A DNA stretch of 64,000 bases from NCBI GenBank assembly GCA_965112155.1, contig OZ218103.1; one strand, written 5' to 3'. Position numbers and translations under genes: made by a program. The stretch's first letter is position 1. Every line of letters begins with the position of its first letter. The notes under the pieces are model-generated. The model ran no database searches, was not told the DNA's origin, and saw only the letters and a program-made list of their open reading frames with translations. Below are positions 25,301 to 40,900 of the stretch, in pieces. The stretch is from Podarcis liolepis (taxonomy: Eukaryota).

Positions 25301-28300
25301 AATTTTAGCAGCAATCACAGCCCCACATTCATGGAGGAGATACTATGTTTTTGTTATATTTATGTAATTTCTACAGTGGAGTAAGGCAACCTCATCACAC
25401 AAGATGAAACCAGAAAAATACTGTGGTGGGGAACAATAATACAAAATCAGAATAATCGGTACAAATATATATAGAGAGAGAGACTTCTGAGAACCATTGT
25501 TTTAACAAAATCCCTGAAACAATCAAGTAGTGTATCTATTTTCTCCAAGTACCCTCATCACAGCTGAGCACTCTACATCCAATTATTTCCCCCAGCCTCT
25601 GGGTAACAGCCTCAGAGGGTGGGTGGCTTCATACTGTGGTATTACCTACTTGAAGAATATACTGGGATTTAAAATATTTGTATTTCCCACATAATCACCA
25701 TAATTAGAGGAGAACATTTCACAGTGAAGCCTTGTTAAAAAATAATAATTGTATTTATAGCATGGACTTTACTGGAAAAGCATCACTGCACAGCATCGTC
25801 TCTGCAAAAGATGCTATCATCAGACCTTGGGTTACAGAATCACTCACTTGAAATTTATTTGAACCCAGATTGGACAACAGTCTTTTCTACCATCAATGGG
25901 CCTTTTTGCCCCAACTAATGGGTTGTTTTATCCCAAGAGTCTTCTGAACATTGATGCACAAGAATGATGTTTGAATAGATTGCACATCCCTAAAGTCCAA
26001 CTAGAGTAGACACAGATCCCCAAATCCAGGAATTAATTCTTCTATTTGGACTTTTGTATGTAGGGTGTTAGAAATGTACATCCTGTTCAAATGTCAATTG
26101 CACAGATCTGAGTGCAGTTTGGATCTCAAAAGCATCTGAAACATTTGATGCCATATTTACTTAGTACTTACAATAATTAATCTTTTTGTGTAAACTTAAT
26201 TTCACCAATTAATTTTCTCTCTTTTCCCTTTTCCCTTTTACCTGAGAATTGTTCTAGTTTCTCAGGTAGCTAGATCAGAGTGCCATTTAAATTTCATCTG
26301 TCGGTTCATATTGCTTTGGATTTATAAGCAAAACTGGCATTATTTTTTGGAGGGCAAACTCATGTTCTTGGGCGGGGGGGGGGAGCACGGATTTTTGTCC
26401 ACAACTTCGGACCACATTCTTACAGGAAGTCCTGTGATGACACCTCTTCCTTTCTGCAAGCCAACTGCCTCATGAAATGTCATATCAAAAATACTGTTAT
26501 AAAAACCCCACGTCATCTTACCATCATGGTTAGAATTTCCCAGTGTCCATGGTTCATCTGAATCAAAATGAGTATCGCCTCCTATCCCTGGTCCAGGAAA
26601 ATAGGCATGGGCTAGGAATCCACCCTCCCCATCAAAAGGAGAGCTGTCACCATGGAAACCAGAAGCAAAAAATATCATAATATCTGCCTCTTTTCTGTCA
26701 CTTTTAATTTCATGGTAAGGAACTTCTTCAAAGGTGAGCGGAGTCACCCTCTGCCAAACATCAAATGCTTGCCGGATGGCTTTCCTTGTATCAAGCTCTC
26801 CAACCTTGGGGGTGTAGTTGTGAACACTGTGAAGAAGATGAGAAGGGGTTTATTTAGGAGGATTCATTCAGAGAATTTCATATTCTCTGATGTTAACAAA
26901 CATGTTTCACGACTCAGATCGACACAACCGCAATACTACATTTTGAGCACTTTGATATATTTAGAGAGTCCTTTCAGGTACGGTACACATTATGAGGTTT
27001 ACAAATATTTCCTACATAATAATAATAACTAGAGGGTTTAAAAACAAAATTCAGAAAACGTAATGACTTAAAAGTATTGCATTCCAACAGCTAATCCATA
27101 ACAACAAGGCCACCACAAATAAGAGCCATTTACTGTCCTCTCAATATGAATACTCAGGGCTTGGTCAGATGACAGGTTCCTGAGCTCCCAACTGGACATA
27201 CGGGAAGTGTTTTGGAAACAGTAATATACCTTTATTTCCTAATCACAGTTCTGCACTGAATCTGGAATGCAAATTATGAAGGCTGTGCTCAACCCTTTCG
27301 GCTACCAGACTGGCAAAGCATTTATGAATACTGGAGACTGGATGGGTTGATTCAGTGTAACCTCTCCTCGCAATGTTGTCTCAGTCCAGAAACAGGAACC
27401 TATTTGGATATAGTTTAAAGGCCCCGATAAATCATATCTCTATTCAAAACCCTACATAGCAGCAAACCTGGCAGTGGGATAAACTCCACAAGCTGCTATA
27501 CAGAAAGCCAATCAGCTTGACAGTGTGGTCACTTGGTGGAATTAATCCCAGATAATCCCCATATGTAATACAGAACTGTCTCTATAGTGTAACTGCTTAG
27601 CATCCCATCCAACCGCAATGCTCAACTCTGTCCACAACGACTGCAGAATCTAGTACTAGTGCCATTTGCTTCTTGTATGGGTAAAAGTGACTGACTCAGG
27701 GATCTTAGCAGACTATAGTCTAAAAAGCATGTTGCCATTGATAATGTGCGGGATGGAAAAGGCATATGAAATGTTACACCATTGTACAAAATCAATGGGT
27801 TGCCTTCATCTAGAATACTGTGATCAGCACAGATGATTTAACCACAGGATATCACAGAATTAGAGTAATGTCAGTAAAGGATAAGAACGTTGATAGATTC
27901 TCACACGAGAAGAGTAAGAGAGAGAGGAATCAGGGTTTAGGAAAACCAGAAAGACAAAAATTAATAAATGTTGATAAAAAACAATGTTAGATGACTGGAA
28001 AGGGAGACTGGGAAATCACCTCACATGCAAAGTAAGGTACAGTGAATTAAAAGAAAGGAAGGATAGATGACATCATTACAGGAACAAGTTTTCTGAGACT
28101 CAGATGAGGAACCCCCACCTCTGACATAGCCATGAAGTCAGAGGTTTTCACTCCTTTTTTCATTTGTTTGTTTAATCATAGTTTTGCAATACAACTGAAC
28201 CTTAAAGCATGGTTTGTTCAATAAGCCATCTTTATAACCCTTCAGGGTGGAAACTCCTATTTTATCAATATGGCCAACATTCTTTGGACCTGAAATGAAA

Positions 28301-31300
28301 AGGATTGGATCTGTAACAGCCCTTAAATTGCAATTAATTGTAACAAAAATAATTATAATTTATCAATTTGACTCTATAATATTTTATTTTAGACTACCTA
28401 TTAAAATATTCTGGCCTGGATTAAACTAAGCAGTTGCACTAGGAGCAGTCAGCACAAGAAGTGCTGCTAGTGCAATGAGTCTTCCCTCCCCCCGTACCCC
28501 CCTTTTGGCTCTGTGGGGGACAGGAGAACCACCAGAACAACATGCAGGGGGAAGAGGCCTGAGAGTCTTCCACCTGGCAAGCTGAAATGTTTGTGCTGAT
28601 GGAACCATTGCTGTAGAACCATGTTGACTTCCAGCCTTGCATTCGCTCCCATGCATTCATGGACAACTGTTAACGGGCATAATCTCTGGAACACACTCTG
28701 CTCACAAAGGGCAGAGCCAAGAACAGACATGGTCACATCTCCATATCTTTGAATCCTCAGCAATAATTAATGTTCCATGGCATGCCCAAGAGTTCCTAAC
28801 TAAAAGAATAAACACAGAAACCAAAGCAAAGTCTGAAAACCTTTAAAATACCAGCACTTAAAAATTGGTTGTAGTCACCAGCATCAACCACTAGAGGGAA
28901 GCATGGCTATATATTAGTAGTTGTCAGTCTCTAGTTAAAAAGTAGCTACCAAATTTTCAGATAAAATTGTGAAACACTGCAGCCTGAAATTATGCAAGGA
29001 ATTATCAATAGGGGACTAAATCAATAGCTGACTATCAAGGCAACTAAAAGGAAAAGATTGTCTCCATATAAACGGTGATGTGGGGTCCAGAATTTTATTT
29101 TTCCGACTGTAAATGCAGTATTAAAGCAAGTTTAGCAGTCTCATGAGTCTGAGTCTGAGTCTGACCAAAACTGCAGTCTGACCAAACTGCAGGAGGCAGT
29201 GGAAGACAGGAGTGCCTGGCGTGCTCTGGTCCATGGGGTCACGAAGAGTCAAACACGACTAAACGACTAAACAACAACAACAACAACAAAGCAGTCTCAA
29301 GGTTGTAATTAATTATTTTCATTGCTATTATCTTTAGTTTTGGGACCTATAGTTGAGCAAGTTCCAGAGAGTCAGAGCTTAGTCATCTCTGGTTTACTAA
29401 ACACAAGTAAAATAATAATAGTACTAAATTAGATCATGTTCAAATCTAAGGCATCAGAAAATGTTCCGATACAAATTGACTTATGCAAATAACCCTAATC
29501 TGCATTTAAAAATTCCAAATAGTTTTAAATACAAACATTTCTGTAAAACCTGTAAAACTCTATGTTAATGGATGGCAATTTCTTTACAAACACATACCCT
29601 CCAACATTCCTCAGAAAACAGGGACATTCTAGCACACTTTTTGCTAGAAGTACAGGGAAGGAAATGGAATGGAAGTCCTGTTTGTGTTGCACATGGAGTG
29701 GAAGCCAGTTGCACATGTGGGCTGATGCCCTTTAATGCCATCCCATAAACAACATAAAGCATGCACAAATAAATAGCAAACATAGACATCTATTTCCAGA
29801 AGCACCAACGTGTTACAAACAGTAAGCACTTTTGCATGAAACTGTAGTCTGGTGCTTGTCATTCTCTGATCTGTACTAAGTGGCTTATCTTATCACATTA
29901 TGAGTGATGCAAAAGAAAGCAGGGGTTCAGCACTTTTGATAATTGTATAGAAGGCTAAATTTCAGCAGGTGTAAAGGTGCAGGGGCCCTGTCCTCTTTTG
30001 CTCCTGGCCACCACTCTACAATTCTAAACCTGAACACAACCCAAGAGAGGTGGAGCAATCTACTTCTTTTCTAAAAGAAGGATATTGTTACTATAGCAGC
30101 TATCATTAGATTGATAGCTGTGTCCATACTAGAGGTGTGTACAAAGTCTTTCAGGTGGCCAAGTATCTTAAAGAATCCCAAATCTTGAAGAATCCCAAAT
30201 CTCTATCTGTTGCTTTAAGAACACCAGTACAGAGAATCTGTATGACTCTTTGGCTCTTGGAAAGTGTTCAATTTGTCCACTTTTATCCCAATCCAGGGTA
30301 ACAAACAGGAAAACAGCACTCTCTGCTTGTGCCACAGCAAGCTTGAGAGAAGGGTGGCGAAGCCATATTGCTGCATGCTTGGAGGTTGAGGAAGGAATTG
30401 GCAAACTGTCAAGATAGATATGGAGCTGTCACACTTCAAAGGGATTTCCCCATTACTTCAATGAAAAGGGCAACACACACAAAGGAATGCATTCATGGAC
30501 ATTCTGCCAATAACTAAGCAAAGAATACAGGGGAATGGAGAGCCTAATTTAAGTCCGGTTTTATATGGAACTTTTGGCTCCTACTTTTTTTTTTATAAAG
30601 TAAGCTAAAAATACCATTATCTATTGAAATTCATCACTTAGGCAGACTGAAATGTAGCATTCTCCCTGAAGCAGACTTTGCAATCACTTCCATCTTGCAA
30701 GGTTGGAATAAATTAAGATAAAATAACTAACAAAGTCACCTTTTCAGCTAAGTTTAGAGGGAGTAAGTGTGTCAGACATCAGATTAAAGATAGCAAAAAT
30801 AAATGATTAAAGGGCTTTAAAGAAAGAAAGAAAAGACCCTGTTGTCTTTTTACTTATAAATTCCTTTGCAGTTAGCAATGAAGGAGAAATCCATTTTAAG
30901 CTAATTTTATACATGGAATTTGGCAGTTCTGACCCAGTCAAGCTTTGCCTGCATCAGACTACCTGCTGCATTGAATGTCCACTTATGTCCAAGTCACTCA
31001 TTAATTGTGTTGTTTTTTAACAAAAAGCCTGACTAATTATATCCAAAAAATGTAAGCAAAAAAGCTCAAACCCATGACTTATGCTATGGTTACTAATGTA
31101 ATACAATATAATATAATGCTTCGGTAATTGCCTGTATTTTCATTTTATAGATAGGAAACAGAAGCTGGGAGACAGTGGTTTGACTTGCCACTCCTGTCAC
31201 ATGTCTTCTGGGGCGATTTGGGAGCAGACAGTACCTCTGAAGGGAAGAGATTTGGACTAGGTGGCTCCAATTGCTTATCCTTACTGAAAATGTGTATCCT

Positions 31301-34300
31301 GGGCATTTATATGCAGCAGGCTATTAAATAAGTCAAAATTACCTAGGGATATTGATTGCTACATAACATACAAACATGCACACACACCCTATAGAACTCA
31401 GTTGAATATCTATGTATTGAACTTTAAAATACAGGATTATACACACCTGTATGTGATATGCTTCTGCCTCCACTTTTGTCCAGTTAGAGCATATCGCTTG
31501 CTCCTTCGTCTATGGCTTAGGTGGGGATGATCAGGAACACCACAGCGAGGCTTCTTCATCCACCTAGGAAGTGAAATATTCCCTAGTGAGTCTGGGAAAT
31601 ATGCTAAATGGAATGGTTATGAGCTAGGCTGTCCTGTTTGGTGGTTCAGCTACAAATAATGAATGCTAATTAATGGGCCACCGAGATAAGCTAGGAATGC
31701 AGATTACACCTGCCTGCCTAAGGGTGGTCTGCCCGGAGGGCAGGCGCTGAAATGGAATAAAGAAAAGGGCAGCTTGAACTGGGCCAGAAAAAGAGCTTTT
31801 AGAGTTTTTGAAGCAGGGTAGCAAGAAGCAATCTTGAGGGCTTGCTGTTGTTTTTGGAGACTGAAGAGGTTTAAGAACTAGTGCCACATTCATGCATGCA
31901 GTTTCTCCTATCCTTTCAAGGCACCACACATTTTCAGGATTCTCTTTCTTCACAGGGAAACCGCAGAACAACAGCAACAACAAACAAAAAAAGCACCTGT
32001 CTCTGGAATTTCCAAATCACTCAGGAAAGTGGGGAGGGAGCTTAAAACAAAATTTTAACAATGACTTGGATCCATTATAGATTAGTAAAGGAAAAGGGAC
32101 CCCTGACCATTAGGTCCAGTCGTGACCGACTCTGGGGTTGCGGCGCTCATCTCGCTTTATTGGCCGAGGGAGCTGACCATTATAGATTAGACAAAAGTAA
32201 AAATACCAATACATTTACCAATCAGTTTATCTACATTCTGAGCTGTAGGAAGCAGGAAGGGAGGAAAGTTGACATTCATATAACTATGTGTACATAAGAG
32301 CCAAACTATTTGCTCTTAATGTGTGATTTTTCTTTCAGAAGTAGCTAATGCTCCTCTGCCCACGTAAATTGAAGGAATGGGGTTCCCCTGTTCCAGATTG
32401 CAATTGCACCACAGTAGAGGGCTAAATAACTCTCTGCTCCATGCCAGGGTTCCAATATGGAACATCACTCCCCACAACCATCCTGCCCTGCTAGTTATTT
32501 CTGCAAGAAAAATCGTGTGCTCATTAATAACATCTCATGCAATCTGGCACTATGCAAATCAGTAAAGATCAGGCTCAGATTATGTCAGAGACACGTTTTG
32601 AAATAGCGTATCTTCCAGAATATAGAATGGTTTAAGATATAGAACTGCAATTCCTCTGTATATATGGGATTTAGACAAAACCCAATAATGGTTATATTAT
32701 ACATTGCACACAATGTTGTTTTTGCATGTCAGAGTTCCAGTTGTTAAACTGATTTAGTTAAACCAGCACAAATCCCTGTATGAACCCACTTATTTTGGAT
32801 TTAACATGGATTATGTTAGTTGATCAGTTCATTTCCAGTTAAATTTATTTAGCAAGAAATGGGGCTTGGTTGGCCATTTGAGCCAAGAGTCAGAGACATG
32901 TTCTGTTCCAGAGAATACATAAGCACCAAGTGAATTTATGCAGGTCCACATTATACAGGATTTCATCCAGCAATTAATGATTATTTTGGTGAATACAATG
33001 CTTTCAACTGTTTACAAAAGTAACTCTTACTCAATAGTCGTTGGGTCCAATACTCCTGTCACAGGGATGCCATAAAACTGCTGCATAGTGGTGACTGCAG
33101 ACTGCATAACTTTTCCTGAGTGCAGAGCAGACATTCGGGTGTCAGAAGGGAGCAGATAACCATAGGTTTTTAACCAGCTCTGAAAAATATGGTAAAGCAA
33201 AACCACGTTTACAACATAGTCTGATTTGACAGTATATATAAGCAGGTTAGATGTGCTATTCTTAAAGTGTTACACTCTTATTAATTTTAATATACAGTGG
33301 TACCTTGGGTTACAGACGCTTCAGGTTACATACGCTTCAGGTTACAGACTCTGCTAACCCAGAAATATTACCTCGGGTTAAGAACTTTGCTTCAGGATGA
33401 GAACAGAAATCGGGCGGCAACGGCACAGCGGCAGCAGGAGGCCCCATTAGCTAAAGTGGTGCTTCAGGTTAAGAACAGTTTCAGGTTAAGAATGGACCTC
33501 CGGAACGAATTAAGTACTTAACCCAAGGTACCACTGTAAATCCAAAGCTGAAACAGTTTGCTGCATATTTTGAGCTCATTTATTCTACTTGGTATATCTG
33601 AATACATGCTGTTTTGAGGATAACAATAAAAGTACAACATGAGCAAAGCCTGATTGCCATAATCAGTGCTAGTTTGCTAACCTCCCAGGGGTGGTTGAAT
33701 TACAGTTTGTGTGCAAATTTATCTCTTTTGTCTGCATACAGGTCATTAGTGTACATATCTCAATTTCAGCTGATGTACTTATTTTAAAGTATATGCCAGG
33801 TGGTTCTGAGGGTGGAGGGTAGGTAGATTGCCCACACATTTTTCTTTCACAATCTTGGTGTGTGTGTTTTTGTCATACCCAAAATGTATAAACCTGTTTA
33901 CGATAGTAGTCCGCATGGTTTTTGTGTTATATAGAGTTCCAATGAGAATCAAATTAGGGTTTGACAAGACAATGTAGGAAATAAATGTATTTAAATATGA
34001 CCAATACTTGAAAGGCTTTAAGAACACATTCACAGAGAAAAATTAAAACATTGCCTTATAACAGATCAGGCTATTTGTTCCTCTAGTCTCGACCACGGCT
34101 GTCCAGTCTGACTGGAGGCAGCCTCAAGCAAAGGACTGTCCTGTTTCCAAACAAAGCTTTGGTTCAAACTATATGTGACAGTGCCTGTTTAAGATCTCCC
34201 TCTATTGCATATAAAACGGGGGAAGGGAATGAATTCACCATTAGTCCATAGAATTCTAAAAGGAATGTGTACTCTTAGGCAAACAGCTAGGATTAAAATT

Positions 34301-34911
34301 TGATATTAGATTAAAAAGTGAAAAAGTTAGTTCTCTATTGAAAGTAAGTCATAAAGCAATCTTAACTGGTGTTACTACCTACATAGGATTTACCAGCATA
34401 ACACACACAGTGTTTGCAAATTCTGATGATAAGATGTTTACAGACCTGTCATGTATAGAGCAGAGCTCACAAGTTAAACCAATTCAACATATTTTCAATG
34501 TAGCAGTAATGTCTTAGGTTTTGACATCAACCAATGTAGCTCTACTGCACAACTATTACAGACTACGGTAGTAATTTACTCAAAATAGTCTACATTCTGA
34601 GGACTAAAAATGTTGCGTTGGTGACATTTTTTAAAAATAGCATGCTTTCTTTCTTCACAAAATGCAGCCGCACCAGGAGGAGGACAGGGTGGGATGCAGG
34701 GAAGAGATAATGCTTGGGACTATGACTTGGAAAGAGGGTTAGGATTGAACTCTTTATTCCATACTGTTTCTATATCAAATATCCCCACAAAGCTATTATA
34801 TACTGCAACATTTCTCCAATTATATTTGTATTTTCTCTTTCATAAATACATAGCAATATCCAGTTGTGCCCATCTACTCGTGCAATGGATTTTCACAAGC
34901 ATGACTCTGTT

Positions 34912-34951
<40 letters not shown>

Positions 34952-37900
34952 GGTATTTATGTTGCATTTAAAATGCTAAATAACTCAATCCCAGAACAAC
35001 AGTCCAGGACAAAAATAACAGCAGGTACTGATATGACAAAGAGTTGAAGAAATCAAAATTAAATGGGGTTAGACATATATAGGAATTACCGTACCATAAC
35101 AATCTAGATTAAAATTTATACCCATTGGATACACATGGCCACTAATTTTCAGTAGATAGGCACTGATCATAATCACTTGAGCTGTTTGCAAAATGATTTT
35201 ATATTTGCAGTTACCAATGAAAAATATTTCAAGACAGTTCGATTTAATGAAATCCAAAACAAATGTCTCACCTGAAGCCTGCAAAACAAAACTTCATTAA
35301 TTTGAGCCAAGCCATCCTGAAAGGCAGAAAAAAGCTTTGGTGCCCTCTGCCTCAACTATACAGCCAGCCCACCTAATTTGCACATTGTTGAGCATATTTT
35401 AGAAATGTATTTTGCTTTAATTTGAAAGCTGCATAATCCTGCTCTGCTGTTAACTTAATACATAAAAATACACAAGTTGTCTTAATTTATGTCATTAGGT
35501 CCAATAAGGCAGAATTTTTTAAAAAAATTAATGCACAATGGCATCGCAACACTGACTTACATCCATTTCAGAGGATTTACTACATGACAGCTCAGGGTGA
35601 CCACATATTTATTTATTTGCAACCATTTCCATTAGCACCTACACTGCAGAATACAGGATAAACCAATTAGTATATCAATATAGATGGATCACCTCTCAGG
35701 GAAAGCTTAGGAGAACAGGTATCTGTTAAGCAGGCACCTAAATGCCATATTGTAGGTCTCTGCCTGGTGTTCATTGCAAGCACCTTTTGAAGGGCAGGTA
35801 TCATCACACTAAAAGCTCTGGTCTTAATGGACAAAACACAAAATTCATGCAGCACTACTATAAGTGCCTCAAGCACCTGAAAATACTGGAGGTCTTGTGC
35901 ATCAAATCTGCATACTGGTAGGATTCCTACATGACAATGCCCTTGTTTTTTTCAAGGCAGAGGTGCTTTATTGTTATGGGTTTTTCTTTTTCCTTTGATT
36001 CTCATTTTGCATTCTTGAAAATATATAAAGGCAGTAAAAAGGGGTGGGGGGTGGGCAGAGGTATCAGCCAGCCAGTTTTTAGATTCCAGATGTATCAAAA
36101 TGACAAAAACAAAATCCTGAGTCATTAAGCCACAGAAAGGCTATTAGTCAGACACAACATCTGTTCATCAGTTAGCTACACAAATAATTTTTGGGGCTTC
36201 CAGGATAAGGTATCATCAATTTTAGGGCTAGCTGTTGGTTCCATGTACAAATCATTGAAAGGCAGTGTTCTCCTATATTGCTAATCAAGGAGGATTGTTC
36301 TTTGGGTATGCTTTCAAAACTAAAATCCTACCTTATTTGTCTCTGCTAATTATCTAGGATCTCAATTGCTAAACACTCCAAACTAAGATCATAGATATCT
36401 TTGATCACAAAAGCCCAATTTTGCAATCCAAAAAGTTCTGACATATTGATCTCAATTTACCACAAATACAGCTCAACAACAATCTCAACATGCCTTCTTC
36501 TCTCATTGCTTGGGCAAGCTTCCTCTAACCATACAAGAGGAGGAGCCAATACACCTTTAGCTTTTATGCACCTTTTAGGCCACTGTGGTCTGTGAGAGGG
36601 CTTATTCTGCAAGTTCCAAAGCTGTCAGAGGCCTGCTCCACAGTAATTCTGAACAGGGGCAGCCACACCGAAAGCCCTGCTCTGTGTTACAGTATTCCTG
36701 ACAAGATACAGCAAGTGCCCACTGGCTACACTTTCTGGAAACAATTGAGGACATTTTTGTTCCAGCTACATGAATGGGTTTCTGCCATGGGTGTCTATTC
36801 TGTATTGGGATATATGTTATTTGTGTGTTTATTTTTAATCGTTTAATTGTTTTTAAGGTGCTTTTATTTCACATCACATTGAGAACTGTGTGTAAGTGGT
36901 TATTAAAATATAAATAAATAAAAACACATCAATGGTAGGCAACCTTCTTCCTCAAAGAAAGAAGCTAGACCCTTCATATTTTTTCAAGGTGTGTTTATTA
37001 AAAGCAGGAAGTATTAGAATTCTTTCACACCAACATTTTACCAAATCACCAAATTACCAAGCCAAATTATCATGTTTTTGGAACTCATTTTTAATTGGGG
37101 CATCTATATGTTGTTATCATCATTTTGTAGGATTTCCCCATCTTTGTAGGATTTCCCCATCTTTTTTTCTGCAGAAAACCTGATTGTATTGAACAACACT
37201 GGAGTTCTACCTGCGGAACAGAAGTTCTTCTTCCTGCCCTGTTTCTTCCAGCCCCCATGTGCACCCTCCAAAGGGCTGGGGACCCTACAAAGCAGATTTG
37301 GGGAGATGGAGGGGGGGAGGAAAGGAAATGTTAAGCCCATTTATCCTAGTGGGTCCCCACACGCACAGCACCAGAAACCTGCTAGGTGCCCCAGAAAAAA
37401 ATGGGATATCCCATTTTTCCATGCAAGATTGCGGCAACCCTTTTGAGTGCCATACCCTTGCCCTTGCCTTTTGGGGGGTGGCGAGAGCAAGGCATGGGTC
37501 ATGTGACTCACCCAGAAGATCATCTCAGAAGACGTACAGTATGTCCCTGTCTTGGGTCTGAAAACGTCGGGTGGTACGGATACAGCCCTTAGCTGTAATA
37601 TGTGCTGTGCTTTATCGAGCAAGTGAGGCTATCCCCATGCATCTATATTAGGAGATGGAGAACCTGCAGCCATAAAAAATATTGTTGGACTCCAACTGCC
37701 CTCAGTTTCAGCAAACATGGCCAGTGGTGAGGGGTGATGGGAGTTGTAGTCTAGCAGTATCTAAAGGGCCACAGGTTCCCCATTCTTGGTACACCTGGTG
37801 CATGCCATTTTTGTGAGAGTGATGATGATGATGATGATTTTAAAAATCTGTCTTATTCGCACTAAAGTGCACTTTTGCTTGTTCATTTTAATTATTAAAA

Positions 37901-40900
37901 CAATTGTTGGTGTTTTAGCACCAACTAAAAAGGCATGACTTTCCTGGTAAGTGCCATTTTACTGGGCTACTTCCCCCACCACTACGAGTTTCCCTTTTAA
38001 TTTCAGCTTTAAAAGTTTAGCATCTCTCTTCACTTTTTTGTGTGTGTGATAATCAAACAAGAGAGCAAAAATAAAAAGCACTTAAAGCAATTATTGGGCA
38101 GAGCTAGGCGACAAGGGGAGACAAGAGAAAGCAGGCTGAAATCACTTAGTGATGACAAGGGAATTGTATAGCTGCACCCTCCCAGGCAGAAAATCAACCC
38201 ACAAAGGTAATGGTAGACATAAATGGCTGTGTTGCAGGCTGGCCTTGCCGTCAAGGCAGTTGGTATTCAACACAGATGGATCCCCCATATTCTCTCCCCT
38301 TGTTACTCTCCTGTAGCTGTACATTTTGGAGAACTAAGAATTATGCCCATCATTTCAGAATGCAAAATATTAATTTTACCTGCACTCGCTTTTGACCTTA
38401 AGACAGGTCTCAGAAATCTTTCAGCTTTCTTAGGATGTTTAAGAATTTGCCTCTGTATACTAGGCACATCATTACTTTCTCCAACTCTAGCAGAACGACT
38501 GCAGGATGACAATTTCCAAAACTATAACACATTTAAGTTAGAGGACTATTATGGGTGGCACCAAACCCATTGGCAGACCAACTCTGTGTTACAAAGATGT
38601 CTACAAACGTGACTTGAAGGCTGGCAGCATCAACAACCGCAGTGCCTGAAGACAGGCAGGCAGGTCATGAATCCATCGCAGTGGCCAGAGGAGGAATGAC
38701 CACTGGGAGGAGTGCATAGAAGAAACGTCATGGTGCGTCTGTGGCATCATAACCAGATACCTTCATCTGCCCCAACTGCAACAAAACATGTCTCTCCTGT
38801 ATCGGTCTCTACAGCCACAGCAGGCGCTGTAAATTTCTAACAGTGACTTCACTGCCAAAGGCACACTCCGCCCTGTCTGCCAACACAGACAGATGCCAAC
38901 AACAGCATATTAAGGGTGATTAGACACTGCAAAAGAAAGCTTGAAGGTGAGAATGTTTTGTTTTTCCCCAGTCTTCAGGTGACTATAAACTATATAAAAA
39001 AGAATAGCCATATAAAATGGGATAAAATTAGTTTTTTGACAGGATTGACAGCTTCCCCTTCAGAATCAGTAAAGTGGCATTCAAAACCCCACAGTGCATT
39101 AACATTTCTTACAGTGTTCCCTGAACTTTACGAAAATGACCAATTTAGTACTTTAATTCCTGCAGTGGCAGAGCTAAGGCAGAAACTAGTGTTTCTATAT
39201 TTTCACCCAAGCATCTGAAACTCCCCCCCTCCAGGGTTACAAGATTTCTTTTGGACTTAATAATTAAAACCCATTCATGAGTTTTGAGGTCCAAATTATA
39301 GGACCAAGGTATTTTAATATGCATAAAGCATTTCCCCCCTCTTCTATATACTTTTAATCTGATTAACTTTTCAGAAAGCAGAGAACTTAAAACATTCAGG
39401 TGCATGAGTTCATATAAATGATACTGCCAGAAATGTATAGGGAAATGTACTCAAACAAAATATTAACGAAGGGGGAGGGACTGAGAATCCAAATGCCTGC
39501 CTAAAACAGTTCACTGGATTTTTCACATTAAAACTATAGGCGGAACAAATATTCCAGAAAACTCATCTCTGTTCTGGGAAATTGAAACAGTTGGCATTTT
39601 ATGTACCACCCTGGAAGACAGTGGTCAGAAAGCCTATTGCTGTCATCGGAAAAAATGTTTCTTACTTTGTTTCAATTTTTTCTAGCTTCAGCTATGAAAC
39701 ACTATTTAATTCCTTAGTTGGCTATATTAAATAATTTTCTAATATTAGTGTTGCCTCTGTAAGAATCTGAATGCACTGAACAGAACTCACTTTTCCTGTT
39801 GGATAGATGAAAAGGGGTAAACCAGCTAACACTGACCTGATTCACATGGATTATTAAGTCATTTTTTAGTGTTCTGTGTGAACATTGCCCAGTGGCTCAA
39901 CTATGGTACAATTGTAGCCAACAAACCACAATCTGACGCCATGGCTTGTTGTTAGCTTATGAATCTTGCTTTGTTTTAACTATGACTTGATATTATGTGG
40001 GAAACTAGCACCCTTCCTTAACCATGGGATGTTTGGCCACCTAACCTCAGAGCTCATCAAGCTACAAAGGTTCAAGTAGCTGGAAAACAAACCAAGCTTC
40101 AAATAAATAAGCCATGGTTTGTTGATTGTCTGTGGGACAACTGGTAGCCACAGTAACTCATGGTTTCCTATATAAGCCATAGCTTAGTGTTGCATTTGAA
40201 ACAGATCAGCCAAGGGGGGCAGGGAGGGGCAGCTGCCCCCCATCAATAAAATTCAATAAAAATACATAGCAAACTGAGGTTCTGCCCCCCCTAACAAAAG
40301 GCCTGCCCCCCCCTAACAAAAATCCTGGATACGCCCATGCTTGAATCTATCTTTAACTTATTGCCCCCAAAATGCCTAATGTTTTAAATATTCAGTCATT
40401 GATATAGTAGACAGGAATTCAATATCAAAATTATAACAGATTATGGCAAGGTGAAAGAACATGGACTACATAATAAGAATGTGTTTAGTGGAGGTCTTTG
40501 GTGAACTGCCAAAAACTGGTAAACTGATGTATCCAATTTAGACTGATATTAAACAAACTATGATAGACGTTAGCATACATTGCAGCCTAACTGATCACAC
40601 ACGTATGTTATGTACAAACATTTCCCATAAGAAAAAGAAGTAACATAGGATGGTACCCAATGAATTAGTTATGTTAGTGCAAGGATTTCAGGTTGTATAA
40701 CAGAACTTCTCCATCCTCTCCTCCCCCTACATCCCTAAACCTATTCTGTGTCATCCCACCCCCAACCCCTGGAGAAGGCTTGTGGTGTGTAAGAGGGGGA
40801 AAGAGAGGAAGGGGAGCTTCACTGTACAAACACAAATCCTTGTGCTAATGCAATTTATTTTGTTAGATGCTGCCCATAATTCTGGAAACGTTAAACAGAA

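Noticed and set aside
21701-26522. Identical donor context G|GTAAGATG after MMP24 exons 4 and 5
   Set aside because: Mostly splice consensus; the three extra matching bases are compatible with chance.
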